Source: an uncultured Enterobacteriaceae bacterium (GTDB taxonomy: Bacteria; Pseudomonadota; Gammaproteobacteria; Burkholderiales; SG8-39). Taken from it: DNA of 64,000 nt. The stretch spans positions 12,269 to 76,268 of the forward strand of contig CAZMGP010000016.1 in NCBI GenBank assembly GCA_964565875.1, written 5' to 3'. The translations under genes were made by a program, and so were the position numbers. Under the pieces are notes generated by a model. The model saw nothing but the letters and a program-made list of their open reading frames with translations, was not told the origin of the DNA and ran no database searches. Shown here piece after piece: positions 48,080-56,049 of the stretch; positions within the stretch are counted from its first letter, which is position 1; the number at the start of each line of letters is the position of its first letter.

Positions 48080-49573
48080 TTGGACATGAGGTCCGGCATT
48101 TCCCAGGCAAGAAGTTCCGGCGCGGGTACGTTCAACCTCCTGCGCCACTATGCGACGACCAGCCTCGTCAGCGTCGTGGTCGCAGCAGCGCTGCTCGTGG
48201 CGCTCTACCGCCAACTCGAAATTCAGGAGAACGTCGAGCTCGCGCAGAAGAGCGACGTGGCCGCGGCCGACACGCTGTTCGACTCGGTGAGGCCGCAGCT
48301 CGGCCAATATCTGGCCGACGTGGCGCGCACGGACCGCGCATATCGATCCGACGCGCGCATACCCGCCGAACTCGCATCCGAGCTTGCAGGCATGGTGCGC
48401 CCGCCCTCGGTCGCCGCCATCGAGATCTACGACGACGCGGGCGTCATCGTCTATTCCACCCGCTCCGGCAGGACCGGCGCCGTCGCGGCCGGCAACCCGG
48501 GATTTGCGTCTGCGCGGCGCGGCGAGGCGGTGAGCGAAGTGCCCTCGCGCAATTGGCTCGATCAGTTCAAGTGGGCCGCCGACGAGGAAGACGTCGGACG
48601 GACCTACCTACCCGTGCGGCGTAGCGGCCGCGAACCGGTGCTCGGCGTCATCGCCCTCGAAACGGACTACGGCCCGCTGCGGGCGGGAAACGAGCACGAG
48701 GTGCGCACCGTCATCGCCGGCGTTGCCGCGATTCTCCTGCTGCTCTACGCCGTGCTGTTCTTCACCGTGTTGCGCGCGCATCGAATCATCACCACGCAAC
48801 AGGCGACGATACGCGAGCGCACCGAGACTCTGGAAGCCGTTTCTGCGATGCTCCTGAACCAGAGCGAGATCGAAAAGAAGAAACTCGCGAACGAATTGCA
48901 GGAAGACCTGGCGCAAACCTTGAGCGCGATCAGGATGCGCATCGAGGAGGGCCTGGATCCGGCGAGTGCGACGGAGCCGCAGGCGCAGCCGCTCGCGCGC
49001 ATCGTTTCCGCGCTGCGCGGCGTGGTCGAAGAACTGCATCACACTGCCATGGCCCTGCGGCCGTCCAGCCTCGACGAGCTCGGGCTGCTGCCGACGCTAC
49101 ATTGGTACTGCCGCGATTTCGAGCGCACGCATCCCGGCGTGATGGTGGAGCGCAAGCTGTTGCTGCGCGAAGAGGAGGTTCCCGCGCATCTCAAGATTGA
49201 GATCTATCGCGTCGTCGAAACCATCCTCAAAGACATCGCAGAGCACGCGCAGAGCGGCCGCATCGAGCTTGCCCTCGCGTTCATCGGCGACACGCTGGCG
49301 CTCAGCATCGACGCGGCGCCGGCTGCCCTCGATGTGGGAGCGCCAGAGGCAGACGCGGCAGCCCGTGCGCGCCTGGACTTCGTCATCGCCAAGGAACGCA
49401 CCAAGCTCTCGGGTGGCAGATTCTCCGTAGCGCGCGCGAGGCGCGGTGCGCTTACCCTGCGCGCGGACTGGCCGATCGCGGCGTCCGAGCGGGCGCGCCA
49501 AGCAGACCGCAGCGACGCCGATACGCTAGCGGCATCAATTGGTCCGTTGCAAGATACCTTCCGCAACGGGTGA
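48080..49573 (+). CDS. Membrane sensor with degenerate HisKA_3/HATPase transmitter (pseudo-histidine kinase)
   Basis: 497 aa with two TM helices flanking a ~170-aa periplasmic domain. The C-terminal half is homologous to the neighbouring kinase, but the H-box His is replaced (ANELQEDLAQ vs AADLHDGLGQ) and the N, G1 and G2 boxes are lost. Confidence 0.8.
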   Translation: MDMRSGISQARSSGAGTFNLLRHYATTSLVSVVVAAALLVALYRQLEIQENVELAQKSDVAAADTLFDSVRPQLGQYLADVARTDRAYRSDARIPAELASELAGMVRPPSVAAIEIYDDAGVIVYSTRSGRTGAVAAGNPGFASARRGEAVSEVPSRNWLDQFKWAADEEDVGRTYLPVRRSGREPVLGVIALETDYGPLRAGNEHEVRTVIAGVAAILLLLYAVLFFTVLRAHRIITTQQATIRERTETLEAVSAMLLNQSEIEKKKLANELQEDLAQTLSAIRMRIEEGLDPASATEPQAQPLARIVSALRGVVEELHHTAMALRPSSLDELGLLPTLHWYCRDFERTHPGVMVERKLLLREEEVPAHLKIEIYRVVETILKDIAEHAQSGRIELALAFIGDTLALSIDAAPAALDVGAPEADAAARARLDFVIAKERTKLSGGRFSVARARRGALTLRADWPIAASERARQADRSDADTLAASIGPLQDTFRNG

Positions 49574-50239
49574 TCAAGTAACGAGCAAGCCCTTCTCGAT
49601 GGCGTAGGCCGTCAGTCCCGCAGTCCGGTGCGTACCGAGCTTCGCCATCAGCTTGGCGCGATGCTTCTCCACCGTCTTCACGCTGAGGAACAGGTATTCG
49701 GCGACCTCCTTGTTCGACCTTCCTTCGGCGACAAGCTTGAGCACTTCGCGCTCGCGGTGCGTGAGCATTTCCAGGGAACTGTAGGGCCGCGATCCGTTCC
49801 CCGACTCCGCGGCATGCTCGACGATCGCCGACACGTCTCGGCTGAAATAGCTCTTGCCCGCGGCCACGCTGCGCACGGCCTTGCGCAGTTCCTCGTGCGT
49901 CGCGTCTTTGAGCAGATAGCCGTCCGCGCCCGCGCGCAAGCTGGCGAAGATGAATTCGTCGAGCTTGTGCAAGGTCACCACCAGGATGCGCGTTTCCGGA
50001 TGGCGCCGCTTGATATCGGTGATCGCCTCCATGCCGTTCATGCCGGGCATGGTCAAGTCCATCAGCACCACGTGCGGTTGCAACTCTCCGGCGACACGAA
50101 TCGCATCGCGTCCATTGTCGCATTCGCCGACAACGGAAAAACCCGCCTCCTGTGACAGGAGCGCGCGCAATCCCGTGCGGATCAAGGTGTGATCTTCGAC
50201 GATGAGGATGCGAAGCCTGCCGTCTGCGTTATCGTCCAT
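49574..50239 (-). CDS. NarL/LuxR-family response regulator
   Basis: 221 aa. REC domain (LIVEDH, VVLMDLTMPGMNG) plus a LuxR-type HTH. Confidence 0.92.
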   Translation of the reverse strand: MDDNADGRLRILIVEDHTLIRTGLRALLSQEAGFSVVGECDNGRDAIRVAGELQPHVVLMDLTMPGMNGMEAITDIKRRHPETRILVVTLHKLDEFIFASLRAGADGYLLKDATHEELRKAVRSVAAGKSYFSRDVSAIVEHAAESGNGSRPYSSLEMLTHREREVLKLVAEGRSNKEVAEYLFLSVKTVEKHRAKLMAKLGTHRTAGLTAYAIEKGLLVT

Positions 50240-50299
50240 AGTGTTTTTCCTTCCCTATACAAACCGGCTCCGCCACCGTAACTGCCCCGGGGCGTCGAA

Positions 50300-51511
50300 T
50301 CACCCCAGCTCGAGGCGTGCGGCGTTCGCCGGACCTGCTCTTGTGCGCTCGATCTCGCAGCGCTGCTCGCCCGCGGACCGGGATTGCGGCCAACGCACGC
50401 GGATCGATGTCCCCTTCCCCGGCGCGGACTCGAGCGCATAGTTGCCGCCGGAGTGCCGCGCGCGCTCGCGCATGCTGTGCAAGCCGAGTCCGCCGGCGAA
50501 ATCGCCCTTTGCTCCCGCCGCGTCGGGATCGAAGCCGCGCCCGTCATCCTCGATGCGGAGCTCGAGGGCGCCGCGCCGCTTCGCCAGCCGGACTCTGATG
50601 CAGCAGGCGCCGGCATGCTTGAGCGCGTTGTTGCTGGCCTCTTGCACTATCCTGAATATCGGCGTCTTGAGCGCTTCGGGAATGTCCGATTCGGAAACCT
50701 TGATCTCGCGCTCCACCGCGACGCCGCCGGCGGCGGATTCGAATTCGCGAAAATACCAAGCCAAGGTGGCGAGGATTCCCAGATTGTCCAGGGTGGCAGG
50801 ACGCAGGTTCATGGCGATGCGGCGCACATCTTCGATGGCATCGCGAATCTTGCGGTTCAAGTGCTTCAGATAGGCTTTCGCCTGCACCCGATTGCCTGCG
50901 TCGAGCAATTCCGACAGGCGCACCATCGAAACGCTCACCAGGCTCAATGATTGCCCCAAGCCGTCGTGCAAGTCCGCGGCGATGCGCTGGCGCTCCGCCT
51001 CTTGAATGTTCAAGTGTTGTGCCGCGCGCCGGCACAGTTCGTTCTCCGCGTCGCGCAAGGCGGCAGCCGTGCGTGCTTCTGCACCTAGATCCTGCGCATA
51101 CAACGTCAGGCCATCGAGCCGACCATTACCGTCGCAATGCGCGCTGATTGCCAGCATCGCTTCGAGGATTGCGCCGTCTTTTGCGATCAGCGCCGCTTTC
51201 CCGCTCCAGATGCCGTTGCGCACGGCCAGCGGAATCGCACGGCGCACGATGCCGCGGCGCTGCGCGGGCGCGATGCAGCCGATCAGCGTCGTCGCGGCGG
51301 CCGCCCCGCCGCCTGAGCCCAAAAGTGCGCGGCCCGCTGGGTTGACGTAGCGCAGCTCTCCGCTGCAGTCGGCGATCGCCACCAGCGCGGGCATCGTCTC
51401 GACCGCGGCAAGCAGTCGCGCGCTTAGTTGCTCGCTAGCCGGGCGCCGGCGCAGGCTGCCTGGTGTCGCGCCGGGTTTGCGACGGGCTTCAGGCGGCCGC
51501 GTGACAGGCAT
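50300..51511 (-). CDS. Cytoplasmic PAS-domain histidine kinase (HisKA_3 type, intact)
   Basis: 403 aa. H-box RIAADLHDGLGQ, N-box EASNNALKHA, G1 EDDGRGFD, G2 GGLGLHSMRERA. Confidence 0.9.
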   Translation of the reverse strand: MPVTRPPEARRKPGATPGSLRRRPASEQLSARLLAAVETMPALVAIADCSGELRYVNPAGRALLGSGGGAAAATTLIGCIAPAQRRGIVRRAIPLAVRNGIWSGKAALIAKDGAILEAMLAISAHCDGNGRLDGLTLYAQDLGAEARTAAALRDAENELCRRAAQHLNIQEAERQRIAADLHDGLGQSLSLVSVSMVRLSELLDAGNRVQAKAYLKHLNRKIRDAIEDVRRIAMNLRPATLDNLGILATLAWYFREFESAAGGVAVEREIKVSESDIPEALKTPIFRIVQEASNNALKHAGACCIRVRLAKRRGALELRIEDDGRGFDPDAAGAKGDFAGGLGLHSMRERARHSGGNYALESAPGKGTSIRVRWPQSRSAGEQRCEIERTRAGPANAARLELG

Positions 51512-51608
51512 GGCAGCCCTCGTTCGCGCGCCGCGGGCAATGCACGCGCACCGTCGCTCCCGTCGCAGGCACGGCCTGCGCCGTGCACTTGCTCGCTTGC
51601 GAATTCAT
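51489..51608 (-). CDS. Candidate 39-aa Cys/His-rich small ORF overlapping the kinase start
   Basis: Below the ORF-track size cut-off. ATG at 51608 with SD GGAGG 5 nt upstream. Peptide MNSQASKCTAQAVPATGATVRVHCPRRANEGCHACHAAA. Overlaps the kinase ATG (51511) by 23 nt. Confidence 0.25.
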   Translation of the reverse strand: MNSQASKCTAQAVPATGATVRVHCPRRANEGCHACHAAA

Positions 51609-51891
51609 GTTTGCCTCCACTCCTCTGGACGATCGGGGGCGCTTTTCTAGCGCACGTTGTTACCCGAATTTCGTGCCCGGCTCGAGCGCATCGAGCGGCG
51701 CCAACTCTATCGAGTTCAGACGCCAGAATCTCGGCAATATTTAACATTAATTCACATTTCCTCCGAGTTCCGTATGAGAGTGTGAATTTATTCCTAGTCG
51801 CGCTGGAGTTGCCGCGCGCGCAACTGGCCGGACGGACGCTCAGCCGCGACGCGCAGTCCGCGGCGTTTGCGCCGGGATTTCGCCGCCTTCG

Positions 51892-52542
51892 TTACTTGTT
51901 GTGACAGGTCTTGCACAGAGCACTGCCCGTGCCCGCTACCTTCAGCAGCCCCGGGCCGGGCACCGTGTACTTGTTGTGAACGTCGTGGCAGGTGGAGCAC
52001 TCCACTTGTCCGCTGAATAGAATCACCGAAGCGATGGTGCCGGTCTGCGTCTGCGTTCCCGAGCCGATGGTCACCACCTGCGAGCTCGGGTCGAACAACG
52101 AGCCGTTCGCCACGGCCAAGGCGGAATCGTAGACGAAACCGATCGGATGATCGTCCTTCAGATTGGCACCGATGTTGTTGGCGCTGCTGATGTAAGTTGA
52201 GCCTGACGCGCCGCCGAAACTATCCACCGCGACGGTGCCGTCGTGGCACGACAGGCACAGTTTCGACAATATCCCCGGCTGCCCGATGCTGGCCTTCAGC
52301 GTCGCACTGCCGTAGAGCGCGTAACTTTGGGCGGACAGCGCGTGATTCCATTGCGGCGCGCCCGGGATCGAAGTCATCGAACTGTGCGAGTCGTGGCAAG
52401 TGATGCAGACCTGGCCACCCGACCAGTTGTAATTGGTGAAGTCGTGGGCCGAACCCAGGATCGATCCGGCCTCGGCGGCGTGCGCCGCGAGCACCAACAC
52501 GCCTGCCACAGACAACTTAATCGCGCGCTTGCTCCAGTACAT
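51892..52542 (-). CDS. Tetrahaem c-type cytochrome, paralogue 3
   Basis: Preferred ATG at 52542 (SD GGGAGGA). 216 aa with signal peptide. Four CxxCH motifs (CITCH, CLSCH, CSTCH, CKTCH). Ends 2 residues after the last haem motif. Confidence 0.88.
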   Translation of the reverse strand: MYWSKRAIKLSVAGVLVLAAHAAEAGSILGSAHDFTNYNWSGGQVCITCHDSHSSMTSIPGAPQWNHALSAQSYALYGSATLKASIGQPGILSKLCLSCHDGTVAVDSFGGASGSTYISSANNIGANLKDDHPIGFVYDSALAVANGSLFDPSSQVVTIGSGTQTQTGTIASVILFSGQVECSTCHDVHNKYTVPGPGLLKVAGTGSALCKTCHNK

Positions 52543-52618
52543 GTCGATCCTCCCGTGCCAGTGCGGGCAAGTCCGCCGATCGGCGATGGACACCACTTCC
52601 CGCGCTGCCGCCTTCTCC

Positions 52619-53269
52619 CTAGTAATTGTGACAAGCGAAGCAAATCGCGCTTCGCGCCGTGCTGATTTTCATCAGCCTTGCCGTCGTCGCCGTGTAGGTG
52701 TTGTGCACGTCGTGGCAGGACGAACATTCGATCTGCCCGCCGTAGAGCATCATCGCGGCGATGGTACCGGTTTTCGTCTGCGCGCCGCTGCCGATCGTCA
52801 CCGTGGTGACGCTCGGATCGAACAGCGCTGCGTCGCGAACGGCGAGCGCGGAGTCATAAAGAAAACTCGAAGGATGATGCACGTTCAAGTCGGTCCCGAG
52901 CTTGTTCGCGCTGCTGATATACACGCCGCCGGGTGCCCCCCCGTAGCTGTCGACCGCGACCGTGCCGTCGTGGCAGGAAAGGCACAGCTTCGATGCGCTC
53001 GAGGGCTGGCCCATCACCGCTTTGAGCGTCGTGCTCGAGTACAGCGTGTACACCTGGGTGCTGCCGGCGTGGTTCCATAGCGGCGCGGCGATCACGGCGC
53101 TTTGTCCCTTGTGCGGCACGTGGCAGGCGATGCAGATCTGCCCGCCCGACCACGCCGCCGTGGAAAAATCGTGTGCCGATCCCATGATCGTGCCCGCTGC
53201 GGCAGGATGGGTTGCGAGCGCGAACAATGCCGCCGCCAGACATGCGCTCATCCGCTTCGTCGTATTCAT
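52619..53269 (-). CDS. Tetrahaem c-type cytochrome, paralogue 2
   Basis: Preferred ATG at 53269 (SD GGAGG 9 nt upstream). 216 aa with signal peptide. CIACH, CLSCH, CSSCH, CFACH. Confidence 0.88.
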   Translation of the reverse strand: MNTTKRMSACLAAALFALATHPAAAGTIMGSAHDFSTAAWSGGQICIACHVPHKGQSAVIAAPLWNHAGSTQVYTLYSSTTLKAVMGQPSSASKLCLSCHDGTVAVDSYGGAPGGVYISSANKLGTDLNVHHPSSFLYDSALAVRDAALFDPSVTTVTIGSGAQTKTGTIAAMMLYGGQIECSSCHDVHNTYTATTARLMKISTARSAICFACHNY

Positions 53270-53296
53270 GCCGCTCACCCTCCTGATACGCGCCCG

Positions 53297-55015
53297 CTAA
53301 TAGCTTTTCGGATTATGGCTCTCCCCGTGGCACACCAGATAGCACTGTCCATGGTTGGTCCCGGTGGAGATGAACTGCAGTCTTCCGTTCACCGGCTTGA
53401 CGATCGAGGTGTCGAAATTGATCAGCTTGCTGTTGTTGGTCGGCGTGCCCTGGGTGGAGCTGATGCCGTGCGGATCGTGGCAGGCGTTGCAGGGCGAGCG
53501 CTCCTCCACCACGTGCTTGCGGTGGCCGTCGTCCGTGCCGAAGGGCGAGGCACCATTGCTGGCGGAGGTCAGCACGGTGCGGTTATGGCACTTGTAGCAA
53601 AGCGCGTAATTCGCCGCGCTCTCGGTAGTGCGGTCTGCAGTGACGTATTGGCGCTCGAGCAAGGTCGGATAGATCGAGCCATGCGGCCCCTTCGGTCCGG
53701 TCCCGCCCGCACCGGGCCCAGTATTGTTGTTGTGGCAGTCCCCGCAGCGCATCGTGCTCGCGATCGTCCAGGGCGGCAGCAGGCTGGGCACGTTGGTGTT
53801 CTTCCCCGGGCCGGCAACCGGATGGTAGGAAGGATTGCCGGTGTTGAATTCGAGGCGCGTGTTGTTCTGCGCGATTTGCCGCGTCGTGTGCGACGCCGGC
53901 ATGCCGCTGCTGTCGGCGTGGCAGCGGAAACAGATCTGGTACTCGGCGATGACCGGATTGATGGCGAGGCCGTTGATGTCGATACCGCGTACGCCGGTCA
54001 GCGAACCGGGCACGGTGCCGGCGACGGCGTTCGATGCATGGGGATTGTGGCAGTCCTGGCATTCCACATGGCGCGATTGCACCACGGCAGTTTCGCTCGG
54101 ATCGTGCACGCCGGTGTTGGCCGCCACCGGATGGATCGAAGCCTTGTTGAATTCCGTCTGGATGTTGAACGTCGCCACGTTGGCGTTGTGGCAGGGGTAG
54201 CAATTGGCCTCCTCCGCCGCCGCGTTTTGCAACCACCTTTTGCCGCCGGCCGAATGCGGCCGGTGGCAGTTCTCGCAGCCGTTGGCCGCGACCGTGGCGC
54301 CGCTCGTATGCGCCCAGGGGCTCGCGCCGACGCCGTTCCAGGTCTTCGGCGACAAGCTGTGGTCGCTCTGCGCCCAATAGTTCTTCAGATGGCAGACCTG
54401 GCACAGCGCCGAGGCCTGATTCGGCATCACCAGGAACTTGCCGTTGGGATCCTCGTGCGGATCGTGGCAGGAGGTGCACTGCAGTTGGCCGGTGGAGTCC
54501 AGCCGCACCGGCCCGGTGAGCGTCGCCGGGTCGGCGAGTTCACCGCGCGTAGACGCAAGCGTCAACGTATAGGCGATGGACACCGGGTGGTCGTCGGAGA
54601 GATCGGTGCCGAGCAGCGTATTGCCTGCGCCCAGGGTCGTCGTCCCGCTCGCCATCGCGACCGCGCTGGCGCGGCTCAGCACTTCGCCCAATGCGATGGT
54701 GCCGTCGTGGCAGGACAAGCACATGAGCGACCCGCGCGTCGGCTGGCCGGCGTTGGCTTTGGCGGTCGAACTGGTGTAAGGCGTATAGGTCGAGGCGGGC
54801 GTGCGCCGGTTCCACAGCTGCATGCTCGGCGCCGCATTGTGCGGCGCGTGACAAAAAACGCAAATCTGGGTTTCGCCCGTCGCCTTCACCGTCCCCGGCC
54901 CGGATACGGAGAGATTGTGCTTGGTCGCTGCAATCCCGGCCCAGGCTTGGCTCGCGCTCAGCATCAGGGCCGCGGCGAGCAGGCGTGTCCACCGGCGCCG
55001 ATGTGCGCCGTTCAC
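53297..55015 (-). CDS. Multihaem c-type cytochrome (11 CxxCH + 1 CxxxCH)
   Basis: 572 aa. GTG start overlaps the upstream stop (GTGA). Signal peptide ...ASQAWA. KHNLS...CVFCHAPH N-terminal module. Confidence 0.9.
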   Translation of the reverse strand: MNGAHRRRWTRLLAAALMLSASQAWAGIAATKHNLSVSGPGTVKATGETQICVFCHAPHNAAPSMQLWNRRTPASTYTPYTSSTAKANAGQPTRGSLMCLSCHDGTIALGEVLSRASAVAMASGTTTLGAGNTLLGTDLSDDHPVSIAYTLTLASTRGELADPATLTGPVRLDSTGQLQCTSCHDPHEDPNGKFLVMPNQASALCQVCHLKNYWAQSDHSLSPKTWNGVGASPWAHTSGATVAANGCENCHRPHSAGGKRWLQNAAAEEANCYPCHNANVATFNIQTEFNKASIHPVAANTGVHDPSETAVVQSRHVECQDCHNPHASNAVAGTVPGSLTGVRGIDINGLAINPVIAEYQICFRCHADSSGMPASHTTRQIAQNNTRLEFNTGNPSYHPVAGPGKNTNVPSLLPPWTIASTMRCGDCHNNNTGPGAGGTGPKGPHGSIYPTLLERQYVTADRTTESAANYALCYKCHNRTVLTSASNGASPFGTDDGHRKHVVEERSPCNACHDPHGISSTQGTPTNNSKLINFDTSIVKPVNGRLQFISTGTNHGQCYLVCHGESHNPKSY

Positions 55016-56049
55016 ACCGCGCCCCCGACATAGCGCAGCACCTGCACGCGCTGGTTATAGGAATCGGCGATATAGATCCGGTCGTGCTCGTCGATGAAAA
55101 TGCCGGTCGGCAGCCAAAACTCGCCGCGCTCGCGGCCGAGTGTTCCGACGGAGAGGAGCAGCGCGCCGCGCTCGTCGAATACCTGCAGCGCGTTGAACAG
55201 CGAATCCACCACGTAGACGTGTCCGTAGCGGTCGGTGGCGACGCCCTTCTGCCGGCCGAGGTCGCCGTTGCCGTCGCCGTAGCGTCCGAACTTGCCGACG
55301 AAGTGCCCCTGCGGATCGAACATTTGCACGCGGAAGTTCAACGCGTCGGTGACGTAGAGCCGCCCTTCGGCGTTGCGCCAGGCGAGCGTCGGATAATTGA
55401 ATTCGCCGTCCGCCGTGCCGCGACGGCCGATGCTCGTAACCAGGGCACCGCCGCGGTCGAATACCTGCACGCAGTGCGCCCGCGTGTCGACCACGAACAG
55501 GCGTCCGCTTGCGGGATCGAAGGCGAGGCCCGTAGGCTGCTGCAGCTTCGCCTGCAATGGAAGCGGCGCAGCCGTCTTCGCGCCGGGCCGGATGAGGTAG
55601 ACCGCGGCGAGCGCCGAGTCGCTGACGTAGACTTCGCCTTCCGCGCCGCGCGCAAGGCCCACCGGGGAGAGCAAGGGGCGCTCCTGTGGCCCTTGGATGA
55701 GCGCGTATTCGCCGCGCGCGCGGTCGAAGCGATGTACCCCTTTCACGCCGGGGTCGGCGACGTACACGACGTCGCCTACCGTCACCACCGACATCGGCCG
55801 AATCAGGCGTGTTTCGCTGCGCCCGAACAAGAGATCGCCCAGACGCGCCAGCAGTCCGCGTTCGATGCCCAAATCCTCGGGTCGGGAAAAGGCGCGCACG
55901 TAGGCAAGACGCGGTGGATCGGGCGCCGCGGGCCATGCCAGGGCGGGTTCCTCGTGCCGCTCTTGCGCGCTCGGCGCGCAGCCGGCGAGCGCAAGCGCCA
56001 GGGCGAGCCCAAGCGAGGTGCTGAAGATCGCTTTGGCCGTCACGCTCAA
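55012..56049 (-). CDS. NHL-repeat beta-propeller lipoprotein
   Basis: Preferred TTG at 56049 overlaps the barrel-gene stop (TTGA); GTG at 56043 is also possible. Lipobox LALAGC. Six repeats of the type (V/L)YV(A/V/T)DxxNxxVQ(V/M)FD. Confidence 0.83.
   Translation of the reverse strand: MSVTAKAIFSTSLGLALALALAGCAPSAQERHEEPALAWPAAPDPPRLAYVRAFSRPEDLGIERGLLARLGDLLFGRSETRLIRPMSVVTVGDVVYVADPGVKGVHRFDRARGEYALIQGPQERPLLSPVGLARGAEGEVYVSDSALAAVYLIRPGAKTAAPLPLQAKLQQPTGLAFDPASGRLFVVDTRAHCVQVFDRGGALVTSIGRRGTADGEFNYPTLAWRNAEGRLYVTDALNFRVQMFDPQGHFVGKFGRYGDGNGDLGRQKGVATDRYGHVYVVDSLFNALQVFDERGALLLSVGTLGRERGEFWLPTGIFIDEHDRIYIADSYNQRVQVLRYVGGAV

Noticed and set aside
51749-51788. Inverted repeat AATTCACA-N24-TGTGAATT in the AT-rich stretch downstream of the cytochrome operon, considered as a CRP/FNR-type or LuxR-type site
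   Set aside because: The half-site orientation and the 24-nt spacing do not fit CRP (TGTGA-N6-TCACA) or FNR consensus. An 8-bp repeat in AT-rich DNA is not compelling on its own.
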